Source of the DNA: Candidatus Omnitrophota bacterium
Lineage (GTDB): Bacteria; Omnitrophota; Gorgyraeia; Gygaellales; Profunditerraquicolaceae
DNA: 64,000 nucleotides
NCBI GenBank assembly: GCA_041653035.1
Contig: JBAZGE010000002.1
Span: forward strand, 17,451 to 81,450
Reading direction: 5' to 3'
Under the pieces are notes generated by a model, which was not told the DNA's origin, searched no databases, and saw only the letters and a program-made list of their open reading frames with translations. This document shows positions 19,777-31,117 of the stretch, piece by piece (the stretch's first letter is position 1; each line of letters begins with the position of its first letter). Made by a program: the position numbers and the translations under genes.

Positions 19777-19922
19777 AGGTTAGCATTACTATGGTAGCAG
19801 AAATGAGACAGAAAGGAGGCGGGAAGCGCGGGTATAAAATTTTTTTAAAGAGGTTGGAATTCGCGGTCTCTTTAAATATTTTCTAAACTTAAACGGAGGA
19901 AGTCAACAAGGAGGTATTTAAA

Positions 19923-21140
19923 ATGAAAAAACTGTTTTTCATAACCATGCTTATGTTTGCGTGCGTGGGGTGTGCGGCGGCCGAGGATAAAGAGGCGGTA
20001 TCGGCGGAAGGCGGCGAAGCGGCAAAGGCCGTTGTTTCGGCTCCTGATGCCTCGAATGTTCCGGCGGACCAGGTCAAAGAGTTTTTTGTGTATACCGATA
20101 AGAACGCGCGCGGCAGTCACTATTTCCCTTCGGGATGGATCGGTGATTTCGGGGATCTTAAGTTGAACGACCAGTACGCGAACAATCCGCATTCGGGCAC
20201 TACTTGTATCCAGTTTGTCTATTCGGCGAAAAAATCGCAGAATCAGGGGTGGGCAGGATGTTATTGGCAGAATCCCGCGAATAACTGGGGAAGTAAGAAG
20301 GGCGGGTTTGACCTTACCGGAATGAACAAATTGACTTTTTGGGCTCGCGGAGAAAAGGGCGGCGAGCTTATCAAGAAATTTTCCGTTGGCGGGATCAAAG
20401 GGGTGTATCCGGATTCTCTGAGCGTTGAAATGGGGCCTGTTGAATTGACGGATACCTGGAAGCAATATGAGATCAACCTGGCGGGTAAAGATATGACGTA
20501 TGTGAACGGCGCGTTTTGCTGGGTGACTACCTCTGATTTGAATTCTCAAGGGTGCACATTCTATCTTGATGATGTCAAATTCACATACGATCAAAATATG
20601 AAGCCGGAGGGCCCGAAAAAAGAGGTCATGCCGTTTTACGTGTATGCCGATAGTTCTTCCGCCAACAATCACTATTTTCCTTCGGGATGGATGGGGGATT
20701 ACGGCGATCTGAAGCTGGAACAGTCTTCCAAGGAAGATCCTTATTTGGGAGATACCTGCGTAAAGATTATCTATAACGGGAAAGCCACTCAGGGAGCGCG
20801 TTGGGCGGGAATGTATTGGCAGGATCCGCCGAATAACTGGGCGACTATCGATAAAGGGTTTGACCTTTCTGCGGCGGACAAGCTTACCTTCTGGGCGCGC
20901 GGCGCGAAAGGCGGCGAGAGAATAGAGGAATTCAAAATCGGCGGACTGATGGGAGAATATTCCGATTCGGATACCGCGGCTATAGGCCCGGTTATCCTGA
21001 ATAAGGAATGGACTCAGTATACGATCGATCTAAAAGGCAAAGATATTTCCAAGATCATTGGGGGATTTGCTTGGGCGACCAATATTGATGTTAATCCTGA
21101 AGGAGCGGTTTTTTATCTTGATGAGATCAAGTACGAATAA
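19923..21140 (+). CDS. Lipoprotein with two tandem about 180-aa homologous beta-rich domains (putative carbohydrate-binding modules)
   Basis: Lipobox MLMFACVGCAAA. Internal duplication: FFVYTDKNARGSHYFPSGWIGDFGDLKL...KLTFWARGEKGGE vs FYVYADSSSANNHYFPSGWMGDYGDLKL...KLTFWARGAKGGE. Confidence 0.6.
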   Translation: MKKLFFITMLMFACVGCAAAEDKEAVSAEGGEAAKAVVSAPDASNVPADQVKEFFVYTDKNARGSHYFPSGWIGDFGDLKLNDQYANNPHSGTTCIQFVYSAKKSQNQGWAGCYWQNPANNWGSKKGGFDLTGMNKLTFWARGEKGGELIKKFSVGGIKGVYPDSLSVEMGPVELTDTWKQYEINLAGKDMTYVNGAFCWVTTSDLNSQGCTFYLDDVKFTYDQNMKPEGPKKEVMPFYVYADSSSANNHYFPSGWMGDYGDLKLEQSSKEDPYLGDTCVKIIYNGKATQGARWAGMYWQDPPNNWATIDKGFDLSAADKLTFWARGAKGGERIEEFKIGGLMGEYSDSDTAAIGPVILNKEWTQYTIDLKGKDISKIIGGFAWATNIDVNPEGAVFYLDEIKYE

Positions 21141-22464
21141 CGGTATAGGAACGGGTAAACGCGAAAGAGCACCGCGATCCCGGCATAGCCGAGGACGCCG
21201 GTTCATAACCGGCGTCCTCGCCGCCGGCATCGCGGTGCTTTTTGTTTTTTGGGGAGTGTCCTTCCGGTTCAAGCCTGCGGTGTACATCCAGAAATTGAAG
21301 AACAGCCGGTATCGGTTGATCGTGGGGAATAAACCTTATATCGTCAAAGGTGTCTGTTATAATCCTGTTTCGGTCGGGGGGGGGCACGACTACGATTGGT
21401 GGTCAAATCCCTATAAGCCCTGGCTGGTGGACGGGGAACTGATGAAGGCAATGGGCATCAATACGGTGCGCATTTATCAGTCCGGTGAAAATCCCGAACA
21501 GGTGAAAAAAGTTATCGAAGATCTATTTAATCTCTACGGAATACGCATGGTTATGGGGAACTGGCTGGGGTTTTGGGAATACCCCTGTCCTTTTTACGGG
21601 GATAAGGATTTTCAGGAGAGAGTGAAGAATGAAGTCCTGGGAATGGTAAAAACCTATAAGGACGAACCCGGGATCCTGATGTGGATACTGGGTAACGAGA
21701 ATAATTATTCCTGCCTGGGGACCGTGAATGCCTGGTCAACGGAAGAAATAGATGCCGAGCCGGATCCTCAGAAACAGAGAATCCTGCGGTCTCAAATTTA
21801 TTATTCTTTTATAAATGACCTGGCACAAGAGATTCATAAGATAGATCCGAACCATCCGGTCGCGCTGGGAAATGGGGAACTCATTGGTCTTGATGTGGCG
21901 AACCGGTTTTGCCCGGATGTGGATCTGGTTGCCTGCGTTATTTATCGCGGCAAAACATTCGGCAATCTGTTCAGATCTCTGAAAGCGACGTTTGATAAGC
22001 CCTTGTTGATCTCCGAATTCGGGGCGGATAGTTATGATGCCGAGCTGTTAAAAGAAGACCAGAATATGCAGGCTTTTTTCCTGGAATCGCAATGGCGGCA
22101 GGTTTACGAAAATCTCGCAGGTAATCCTAAAGGAGAAGGTAATTGTATCGGGGGAACCATTTTTGAATGGACCGACGAATGGTGGAAACATAATAGCTAT
22201 GATTATGAGAGCTGGAAAACTCATGATACCGAATCCAATTGGTCGAACGGGAGTTATTATTTCGATATTAAGGCAAAAGGAAATAAGAATATGAATGAAG
22301 AGTGGTTTGGGATCGTTGCCGTTAATCCCGAAATAAAAGAGGCAGGGTTGGATAAACGGGTGCCCCGTAAGGCATACTATGTGTTAAGAGAATTCTGGAA
22401 AAATCCCGCCGCGTACCTCAAAAAAAACAGCGCTAACGGAAAGAAAAAAAAGAGTGTGAATTAA
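21121..22464 (+). CDS. Membrane-anchored clan GH-A glycoside-hydrolase-like protein (paralog of the C-terminal domain of 17473..19776)
   Basis: N-terminal basic segment plus one TM, then MKAMGINTVRIYQ, ILGNENNY and ISEFG motifs and FEWTDEWWK. ATG at 21121 overlaps the upstream gene by 20 nt. Confidence 0.6.
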   Translation: MRSSTNNGIGTGKRERAPRSRHSRGRRFITGVLAAGIAVLFVFWGVSFRFKPAVYIQKLKNSRYRLIVGNKPYIVKGVCYNPVSVGGGHDYDWWSNPYKPWLVDGELMKAMGINTVRIYQSGENPEQVKKVIEDLFNLYGIRMVMGNWLGFWEYPCPFYGDKDFQERVKNEVLGMVKTYKDEPGILMWILGNENNYSCLGTVNAWSTEEIDAEPDPQKQRILRSQIYYSFINDLAQEIHKIDPNHPVALGNGELIGLDVANRFCPDVDLVACVIYRGKTFGNLFRSLKATFDKPLLISEFGADSYDAELLKEDQNMQAFFLESQWRQVYENLAGNPKGEGNCIGGTIFEWTDEWWKHNSYDYESWKTHDTESNWSNGSYYFDIKAKGNKNMNEEWFGIVAVNPEIKEAGLDKRVPRKAYYVLREFWKNPAAYLKKNSANGKKKKSVN

Positions 22465-22467
22465 AGA

Positions 22468-24111
22468 ATGATAAAAAAACGGATTTATCTCATAGTGATT
22501 ATTTTTTTAACCGCGCTGCCCTTCGGCAGTCCGTTTCTTTGCGCCCGGGATAATCCCGCCGCGGCAGGCGTTTGCAAAACGATAGAAGAGGCCAGGACTC
22601 CCGCCGACCGGATAGCGGCTTTTGAAAAACTGAAGGATGAATATTTCCCGGATAACCGGTATGATGAATTCATCCGGCTTATAAAAAGTTTTTCCCAGGG
22701 GGATAAAAAGCAAGCGCTTTATGTCAATTATTATACGGCTTTAGCCCGGTATGAGCAGTTGGCATATTTGGAGAAAGAACAAAAATGGGATGAATATTTC
22801 GACCAGGGCAATGAGTATAAAACCGATATAGAGAATAATGCCCGGCAGGCCGTTGAGAGTGTTCAGCCGAAGGATCCGCTGAATATATATGGCAGGGTTC
22901 TGCTGTGGCGTTTTCACCGGGAACAGCAGGGTGTTTCGCATCAGCAGGAGTTTCAGGAGCTTCTGAAAACTATCCAGGAATACGCACAAAATTCGCAGGA
23001 TATGGCTCCGCTTAAACATGCCGGAGATGTCATATTATCATACGGGGAGACGGCAAAGGCAGAGGAGGTTTACCGTCTTTATGCGGAGAAATTGGCACGG
23101 ACCTCGGGGGGCGCGGAAGAAGTGAGGAAATTTGCCCGTCGGGTTTATGGGGATGGCAACTTTGAATTCGCGCAGGTATTGTATACCGCGTATATCGATA
23201 ATATCGTGAAGGAATATCCATTGGAACAAGTGATTGCCGATCTGAACGATATCGCCGGGCTGTTTCTTATCCGGAAAGATTCCATACCGTATGCCGTTAA
23301 GGTTTACGACAAGATCGAGGAGGTCGGCGGTAACGCGGTCTTTACCGAATCTATGCTGCTCCAGCGTGCTTTTGCGCTCGTCAAAGCGAAAGAATATCTG
23401 CGGGCAAAGGATGTGTACCAGGATTTCATAAAAAAATATCCCTGTAGCGGTCATTATGACGAAGCGCTTTTTAAATTAGGCATCATATATATTTATATTT
23501 TAAGGGATATCGATAAAGGAAAGCTGTGTTTCGAGCAGGTGGTGCAGAAAAAAGATTCCATCTCTTTGAAAGAATGCGGAGAGGAATCTTTGAAGACGAC
23601 TCCCTGGTCTATTTCCAGCTTTTACCAGTTAGGCCTCCTCGCACAATGGGATAAAGAGCTGACTAAGGCGAAGGAATATTATACCCAGCTTCTGGAAAAA
23701 GCGAAAAACGGTTTCCGGGATACGGTTGAGCTGTCCCATGAGAGACTTAAGGAGATCGGAGAAGGGAATCAGATCGAATATGGTTTGAAGATGTTTTTGG
23801 ATGTTTCCCTGAAGCCCGAGAATGAGCGATATGATATGTCGCGGGTTGATCTGAATTCGCCGGTCGTGCGCGGGAAAAATAAAGAACCCGTGAAGGTATT
23901 CTCAAACTACGCTCTGTCGGATACCGGGTCCATGCAGTCTGATGTACAGTATCTTTGGTCGGGAAATATCGGTACGAAAAAATCTTCGTTTGAAGAGAGC
24001 GTGCTGGATACGTCGTATGACTACAGCGGGACAAAAGAAATAAATCTTGTAGTGGTCTCTCCGCAGGGTGTGCTCGACCGCAGTATTTATCTGTTGGATA
24101 TAGAGAAATAA
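22468..24111 (+). CDS. Secreted TPR-like/helical-repeat protein of unknown function
   Basis: Signal peptide. Alpha-helical repeat composition. Last gene of the locus. Confidence 0.4.
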   Translation: MIKKRIYLIVIIFLTALPFGSPFLCARDNPAAAGVCKTIEEARTPADRIAAFEKLKDEYFPDNRYDEFIRLIKSFSQGDKKQALYVNYYTALARYEQLAYLEKEQKWDEYFDQGNEYKTDIENNARQAVESVQPKDPLNIYGRVLLWRFHREQQGVSHQQEFQELLKTIQEYAQNSQDMAPLKHAGDVILSYGETAKAEEVYRLYAEKLARTSGGAEEVRKFARRVYGDGNFEFAQVLYTAYIDNIVKEYPLEQVIADLNDIAGLFLIRKDSIPYAVKVYDKIEEVGGNAVFTESMLLQRAFALVKAKEYLRAKDVYQDFIKKYPCSGHYDEALFKLGIIYIYILRDIDKGKLCFEQVVQKKDSISLKECGEESLKTTPWSISSFYQLGLLAQWDKELTKAKEYYTQLLEKAKNGFRDTVELSHERLKEIGEGNQIEYGLKMFLDVSLKPENERYDMSRVDLNSPVVRGKNKEPVKVFSNYALSDTGSMQSDVQYLWSGNIGTKKSSFEESVLDTSYDYSGTKEINLVVVSPQGVLDRSIYLLDIEK

Positions 24112-24115
24112 GAGA

Positions 24116-24550
24116 TTATGAGGAATACAAAAGCCGCTGCCTGAGGATAGGCAGCAATCCCACCAAATCAGGCCTGTTTAGTTTTATTCCCGCGTGATAT
24201 TCAGAGAACCATATCGTTTTCGACCAGACTATTTTTCCCTGGGAATATACCGATTCTCCCCGGCCGGGAACAGGCAGCCATAGTTCCAGGGGAGTGTTGT
24301 GGGGGATGCGGTCTTTCGATACAAGGCCGATCCCTTTCGCGCTGATATCGCGGGTTTGCAGCAGCCCCCATTCTTTAGACTGGAGGTTTCGGTAGCGGAT
24401 GGTGAGTTTTGCCGGGACTCGCTCGAATATGCGTTCGTCGCCGCGTTTTTTGGGAATAAGGTTCAGGAAGAAACGGCGCGCCCAATGAAAAAGCCGCGGT
24501 TTATTTTCTGTGTGTATCCGCGGCCCTGCTTTTTTTTCTCCGTTCCCCAT
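24116..24550 (-). CDS. PilZ-domain (c-di-GMP-binding) protein
   Basis: RxxxR (KRGDER) and D/NxSxxG (DISAKGIG) PilZ signature pair. Confidence 0.65.
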   Translation of the reverse strand: MGNGEKKAGPRIHTENKPRLFHWARRFFLNLIPKKRGDERIFERVPAKLTIRYRNLQSKEWGLLQTRDISAKGIGLVSKDRIPHNTPLELWLPVPGRGESVYSQGKIVWSKTIWFSEYHAGIKLNRPDLVGLLPILRQRLLYSS

Positions 24551-24615
24551 GGGAAGTGATTATAGGGCTTTTCCACGTCGATGTCAAGCAAAATGAATTT
24601 CGGATCCCCGCAGGC

Positions 24616-24674
24616 AAAAAAAGGGGACGTTTCTATTTTTAAATTTCGAAAAATAGAAACGTCCCCTTTTTTTT
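24616..24674. terminator. Palindromic terminator element, copy 2 (A7-GGGGACGTTTCTAT-T5 aaatttcg A5-ATAGAAACGTCCCC-T8), immediately 3' of tRNA-fMet
   Basis: Near-identical to 12435-12513. The single arm difference (G to T) is compensated in the other arm (C to A). Confidence 0.8.
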
Positions 24675-24679
24675 AAAAA

Positions 24680-24753
24680 TTGCGGGGACAGGATTTGAAC
24701 CTGTGGCCTTCAGGTTATGAGCCTGACGAGCTACCAAGCTGCTCCACCCCGCG
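24680..24753 (-). tRNA. tRNA-Met (CAT), initiator type (unpaired C1/A72), no encoded CCA
   Basis: Reverse complement reads CGCGGGGTGGAGCAGCTTGGTAGCTCGTCAGGCTCATAACCTGAAGGCCACAGGTTCAAATCCTGTCCCCGCAA, about 85% identical to E. coli tRNA-fMet. Confidence 0.9.
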
Positions 24754-24835
24754 ATTCTTTCTATTCGATTGAACGTGTTTCCAATAAAAGAACGGAATAT
24801 ATTATAACACAGAAGCCGGGTTTGTATACCGGAAT

Positions 24836-25153
24836 TTAATAATTGTTCTGTTTATTTTCATTCTTTTTTTCTTCCGGTATGACCTTAACCGGCAGTTCGT
24901 TCTTGCGCACCACTCCCATCTTGTCGCGCAGGATTCGTTCCTGGTAGAGGGCGTCGTTTTCAACGCGTTTGAGTTCTTGTTCCAAAAGCGCGTTTTCGAT
25001 CTTCAGCTTTTTGGTTTTCTGCTCCAGGTCGCGGTTCCGGTCCCGGAGTTCCTGGATTTTGGAATACCCGGGCAGGAATAGAAAAATCAATATAATTCCC
25101 CCTCCTAAAATCCAAGCGGCTTTTTTAATTATGCCCTTTGTCAGAGAGACCAT
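24836..25153 (-). CDS. ftsB: Septum formation initiator FtsB/DivIC-family protein
   Basis: Single TM followed by a coiled coil (IQELRDRNRDLEQKTKKLKIENALLEQELKR). Conserved eno-ftsB synteny. Confidence 0.7.
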   Translation of the reverse strand: MVSLTKGIIKKAAWILGGGIILIFLFLPGYSKIQELRDRNRDLEQKTKKLKIENALLEQELKRVENDALYQERILRDKMGVVRKNELPVKVIPEEKKNENKQNNY

Positions 25154-25156
25154 ACG

Positions 25157-26503
<1,347 letters not shown>

Positions 26504-26572
26504 TTATGGTGGGCGTCAAGGGGAAACTCCACTAAACTCAACTAACAAATCCATTGACTTGGAAAGACTTAT

Positions 26573-28303
26573 ATGATATCTTTAATTTCACAACAGAAAG
26601 GGGTTTCTATGAATATCCGAAGAATGAAATATTACCTGAAAATAGGGTTTAAACTTTACTGGATCCGTTTCCTGGTTATTACCGGGCTTCTGGCGCTTGC
26701 TATTTCTCTTGTTTTCCTTGTTGTCAGCGGCCTTAAGGCCTGGAATGAAGCTGAGTCGTATTTGCGTCAGTCCCAGATGGCGGTTTTCCCTCTGCAGATA
26801 TATATGCAGATCGTCATGGGGTTCATTTTCGCGCTTATTTATACCACGCTTTGGTATTGGATGCTTTATAAAAAAGGCGGCGGATTTTCTCAGGTGGTTA
26901 AAAAGGCGGTGGGAGGCAAGGCCCTGGGCATTACCTGGAATGACGTTATCGGCATGGATGAAGCCAAACAGGAGGCCTTGGAGATCGTTAAACTCATCAA
27001 GGACCGCGCCGAGCTCCAGCGTATCGGCGGCAAGATCCTGCGCGGACTGCTCATGCTGGGGCCGCCGGGCTGCGGCAAGACGTATCTTGCCAAGGCTATC
27101 GCCACCGAAGCCGGGCTTCCGTTTATTTCCATGTCCGGTTCGGAGTTCGTGGAGATGTTTGTGGGCGTGGGAGCGGGGCGCGTGCGCAGTTTGTTCACTA
27201 AGGCGCGTATGCTCGCGGAACTGGAAGGCGGCTGTATAATCTTTATAGATGAAATAGACGCAGTAGGAGCTTCCCGCAGTGTGGATTCCGGCTTTGGCGG
27301 GCAGACCGAACACAACACCACCGTGAACCAGTTGTTGGTGGAAATGGACGGTTTGAAAGAGAAGGATACGAACATCATCATTATCGGCGCCACCAATGCC
27401 CCCATGTCGTTCCTTGACCGCGCGCTTTTAAGGCCCGGACGGTTTGACCGCAAGATCTACGTGGACAAACCCAATCTCGAAGACCGGCAGAAGTTATTGG
27501 AGTATTACCTGAAAAAGATAAAATATGACGAGCAGGATGTCAAGATAGACCGGCTGGCGCGTATCACCGTCGGCAGCAGCCCGGCGGATGTCTCCAACCT
27601 GGTCCGGGAAGCCGCGCTTATCGCCGTACGGAATAAGAGAGTGCTGGTTACCATGCAGGACATAGACGAGGCGCGTGAAAGAATTGCCCTGGGTATCAAA
27701 CGCAGGATAAAGCTTCGTAAGGAAGAGAGGCTGCAAACCGCTTATCATGAAGCAGGTCATGCGATCGTTACCTACCTTTTGATCCCCACGCAGGATGTGT
27801 TTAAGATCACCATAACCCCGCGCGGCCACACCGGGGGCGTTACCTGGACCCCGGAAACGGAGGAAATCTTCATTCGCGACCAGAAACAATTGTTAGGCAC
27901 TATCAAAACGTATCTGGGGTCGTACGTGGCGGAGAAGTTTCAATTCGGGATGACTACCGTGGGAGTGGACACGGATTTTGCCGAGTCCCTCTATATAGCC
28001 CACAGCATGGTCTGGCGTTGGGGCATGGGCAAGTCCGGCATTATCGGGAATTACGAAGAGCTTGTTTCGTATTTGAGGTCCAGCCGCGGCATTCTTATAT
28101 CCGAAGAAGTGAAACGGCGGCTCGATGAGGATGTGCAGGATATCATGCAGACGTGTCTCAAAGATGTCACCAGGCTTTTGGAATCGGAAAAACCCCTGCT
28201 TGACCGGTTGGCCACGGAGCTGGTTGTCAAGGAAGAACTTAATTTCGACGAAATCGAGGCGATCTTTAAAGAATGCGGAAAAACACGGCCAGTCCAGTCC
28301 TGA
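26573..28303 (+). CDS. ftsH: FtsH-family AAA+ zinc metalloprotease
   Basis: Two N-terminal TM helices, Walker A GPPGCGKT, Walker B IIFIDEIDA, SRH region and zinc site HEAGHAIV. Confidence 0.85.
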   Translation: MISLISQQKGVSMNIRRMKYYLKIGFKLYWIRFLVITGLLALAISLVFLVVSGLKAWNEAESYLRQSQMAVFPLQIYMQIVMGFIFALIYTTLWYWMLYKKGGGFSQVVKKAVGGKALGITWNDVIGMDEAKQEALEIVKLIKDRAELQRIGGKILRGLLMLGPPGCGKTYLAKAIATEAGLPFISMSGSEFVEMFVGVGAGRVRSLFTKARMLAELEGGCIIFIDEIDAVGASRSVDSGFGGQTEHNTTVNQLLVEMDGLKEKDTNIIIIGATNAPMSFLDRALLRPGRFDRKIYVDKPNLEDRQKLLEYYLKKIKYDEQDVKIDRLARITVGSSPADVSNLVREAALIAVRNKRVLVTMQDIDEARERIALGIKRRIKLRKEERLQTAYHEAGHAIVTYLLIPTQDVFKITITPRGHTGGVTWTPETEEIFIRDQKQLLGTIKTYLGSYVAEKFQFGMTTVGVDTDFAESLYIAHSMVWRWGMGKSGIIGNYEELVSYLRSSRGILISEEVKRRLDEDVQDIMQTCLKDVTRLLESEKPLLDRLATELVVKEELNFDEIEAIFKECGKTRPVQS

Positions 28304-29097
28304 TAGCGTTTCTCTCCTGTTTGCTTCTTGCCGGCTGCGTAAATGTCAAGCCGACCTTTATCAAAGAACACGCCGCGGAGTCGATAATCGAGCTCTGCCG
28401 TAAAGAATACACTATCGACGTGAAGTCGTGGCTGGGAGGAGAGACGGTATGGATTTATATGCCTCTGCCGCGCATATTCGGCAAAGACCTGTTGATAGAT
28501 AAAACCCAGTTGGAGAAAGTGAACAAAGTCATGATAGCCTCAAGCCGGGTTATGTTGAGCATGAATCCCCGCCCGCAATTTATGGTTATCGTGGCCTCGG
28601 ACACGCAGGAATACGGGTTGGATTACACCTTTATTACCTGCATCGCGGATATTCTGAAACTGCAGAATCAATTTATTTCCCGGGATGAATTCTTGCGCCG
28701 CAACGTTATCCAACTGGATAATAACCACCGGGCGCTGGGGGATACCGAGGGCAGCCATATAAATAAAAAAGAACTTTCCCTTGAGTTTTTTGTCTGCGAA
28801 CAGATATCTCAGCGCGTCCAACAGCATTTTACTAACGAGCCGCAGACCAAAGATAAATTCAAGGTTGAGAAAATACTCTCGCGTTTCAACGGAGACATCC
28901 TTAAAGTCTCGTATAATATCAGGCTCAAGGCCGGCCAATCATCGGCGGTAGATGTCTTGAAAGATGTCAAAAAAACCATCGCCTACGTGGTAAGCGCGTA
29001 TGAACTTAAGAACCTGTTTGCCGTAAAAATCGAGAATTTAAAGACGAAAGAAGAGTTTTTGGTGAGCAGGGTGGAGTTACGCGAGCTTCTTAAATGA
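28273..29097 (+). CDS. Lipoprotein of unknown function
   Basis: Lipobox LLLAGCVN. No recognisable domain by eye. Overlaps the ftsH 3' end by 31 nt. Confidence 0.4.
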   Translation: MRKNTASPVLIAFLSCLLLAGCVNVKPTFIKEHAAESIIELCRKEYTIDVKSWLGGETVWIYMPLPRIFGKDLLIDKTQLEKVNKVMIASSRVMLSMNPRPQFMVIVASDTQEYGLDYTFITCIADILKLQNQFISRDEFLRRNVIQLDNNHRALGDTEGSHINKKELSLEFFVCEQISQRVQQHFTNEPQTKDKFKVEKILSRFNGDILKVSYNIRLKAGQSSAVDVLKDVKKTIAYVVSAYELKNLFAVKIENLKTKEEFLVSRVELRELLK

Positions 29098-29707
29098 TCC
29101 GTACTTTCCTTCCGGCAACTTTCAGTTTTTCTTCAACAAAGAGTTTTACCGCTTGCGGGTAGAGACGGTGTTCAACTTCGTGGACCCGCTTTTCGAGCGT
29201 TTCTGCGGTATCATCCTCCCGTATCGGTACCGTCTGCTGGAGTATGATGGGCCCGTGGTCCATTTCTTCATCCACAAAATGTACGGTAACCCCGGTAGTT
29301 TTTACCCCATAGTTTAAGGCATCCTGTATCCCGTGTTCTCCTTTAAAAGAAGGCAGGAGAGCGGGGTGGATGTTGAGTATGCGGTTTTTGAATTCACGCA
29401 CGAATGCGGGGGAAAGCAGGCGCATGAATCCCGCCAGAACGACCACATCCGTTTTTTCTTTCCTGATGAGCGCGATGATCTCGCGTTCAAAAGCCTCTTG
29501 GGAAGGGAATTTTTTCCGTTCCACGAGCACGCTTTTCACTCCCGCGCGTCCGGCTTTGTCCAGTACCGCCGCCTGAGGGTTATCGCATATCAGCAGGGCA
29601 AGGTCGGCTTTGAGCATCCCCTTTTTAACCGCTTTGGCCAGCGCGGCAAAATTACTTCCTCTTCCTGAAGCGAGAACCGCGATCTTTTTGTTTTTTTTGA
29701 TTTTCAT
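29090..29707 (-). CDS. purN: Phosphoribosylglycinamide formyltransferase
   Basis: KIAVLASGRGSNFAAL ... formyltransferase core. Start ATG (29705-29707) overlaps the rnfB stop (ATGA-type coupling). Confidence 0.85.
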   Translation of the reverse strand: MKIKKNKKIAVLASGRGSNFAALAKAVKKGMLKADLALLICDNPQAAVLDKAGRAGVKSVLVERKKFPSQEAFEREIIALIRKEKTDVVVLAGFMRLLSPAFVREFKNRILNIHPALLPSFKGEHGIQDALNYGVKTTGVTVHFVDEEMDHGPIILQQTVPIREDDTAETLEKRVHEVEHRLYPQAVKLFVEEKLKVAGRKVRII

Positions 29708-30504
29708 CGTATTGGCGAGCGCGTTTTGATAATTTTGACCGGGCAAACCTTGACACAGCTGTAGCAGGAAGTGCATTTTTTGTAGTCGATGACCGCCAGA
29801 TTATCGATAATATGTATGGCGTCGAATTTACAGGCCCGTTCGCATGATTTGCAGGCAATGCATCCTGCCGGGCAGAAGTTCTTGGTGTCTTTGCCGGTGT
29901 CGTGCGAACTGCAGGCTACGTATACCTTGGCGGCAGGAGGGCGCAGGACGAATAATTTTTTCGGGCATACCTCCACGCATTTATTGCAGGCGCGGCATTT
30001 CTCCTGATTGACCATCGGCAGGTGATCGGGTTTGGACATGGTGAGAGCCCCGAATGGGCAGGCTTTGACACAACTGCCGTACCCCAGACACCCGAAAATA
30101 CATTCTTTTTGTCCGCCCAGGACGAGGTTGGCGGAAATGCAGTCTTCCAGTCCGTAATAGAGGAATCTGTTTTTTACTTTCGCTCCCCCGTTGCACAAAA
30201 GCATTGCCGATAATTTCTCTTTTTGCTCGACCTTTTTGCCCAGGATCCCGGTTATCTTCTCTTGGGCCGCGAGATCCGCGGATTTACAGGAGGCGATGTT
30301 CGTTTTTCCGGCCAGCAGTTCTTCCGCGAATCCTGAACACCCCGGTTTCCCGCAAGCCCCGCAATTCACGCCCGGAAGCAAAGCCAGGATTTGTTCCATC
30401 CGCGGGTCGGACTGTACGGCCAGTTTCTTGGACGCGATAGCCAACCCTATGCCGAAAATAAGCCCCAGGCCGGCCAGTGTAAGTATAGGTAGAAGTATGG
30501 TCAT
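29704..30504 (-). CDS. rnfB: Rnf electron-transport complex subunit B
   Basis: N-terminal TM, CGACGKPGC cluster motif and multiple CxxCxxCxxxCP ferredoxin motifs. Confidence 0.85.
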   Translation of the reverse strand: MTILLPILTLAGLGLIFGIGLAIASKKLAVQSDPRMEQILALLPGVNCGACGKPGCSGFAEELLAGKTNIASCKSADLAAQEKITGILGKKVEQKEKLSAMLLCNGGAKVKNRFLYYGLEDCISANLVLGGQKECIFGCLGYGSCVKACPFGALTMSKPDHLPMVNQEKCRACNKCVEVCPKKLFVLRPPAAKVYVACSSHDTGKDTKNFCPAGCIACKSCERACKFDAIHIIDNLAVIDYKKCTSCYSCVKVCPVKIIKTRSPIR

Positions 30505-30508
30505 AATC

Positions 30509-31117
30509 TTAAAATTTGAACCCGTTAAACCCCATGAATGCCAGTCCCATAAGGGAGGCGATCACGAATCCCAGGGGGAAATCCTTCATGCTTTTGGGGA
30601 CATTGCATAGTTCAAGTCGTTCCCGGATCCCCGACATCAGGAACATGGCCAGGGTATACCCTATCCCGACGCAGATCCCTTGAAATACGGAATAGCTGAA
30701 ACTCCCGGCCACCGCTTTATTGTTCACGAAGAACATATCCGAATTCAGCACCGCCACCCCCAGTACTGCGCAGTTGACGGTGATCAAGGGTAGGTAGATC
30801 CCGAAGAATTTATACAGCGGAGGGGCGAATTTACGGATGAACATTTCCACCAGCTGGACGAACGCGGCGATGACCAGGATAAACGATATCGTGCGCAGAT
30901 AGGTCAACCCGAACGGAATGAGCAGGTACCGGTAAATAACCCAGGTGATTATGGAAGACATGGTGGTGACGAACATTACCGCCAGCCCCATGGAAAGCGC
31001 GGGTTTTGTCTCTTTTGAGATGGCAATGAATGAGCAGAGCCCGAGGAACCGCGAAAGGATGACATTATAGATAAAAACCGCGGAAATAAAGATCGAGAGG
31101 AATTGTCCTGCGTCCAT
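30509..31117 (-). CDS. rnfA: Rnf complex subunit A
   Basis: Strong similarity to E. coli RsxA (FLGLC..., LPLITVNCAVLGVA, GIRERL). Confidence 0.9.
   Translation of the reverse strand: MDAGQFLSIFISAVFIYNVILSRFLGLCSFIAISKETKPALSMGLAVMFVTTMSSIITWVIYRYLLIPFGLTYLRTISFILVIAAFVQLVEMFIRKFAPPLYKFFGIYLPLITVNCAVLGVAVLNSDMFFVNNKAVAGSFSYSVFQGICVGIGYTLAMFLMSGIRERLELCNVPKSMKDFPLGFVIASLMGLAFMGFNGFKF

Noticed and set aside
26588-27453. Alternative-frame and antisense ORFs within ftsH (26588..27313 minus, 26697..27239 plus, 26890..27453 minus)
   Set aside because: ftsH motifs (Walker A and B, HEAGH) are unambiguous in the 26573 frame; the others are frame shadows.
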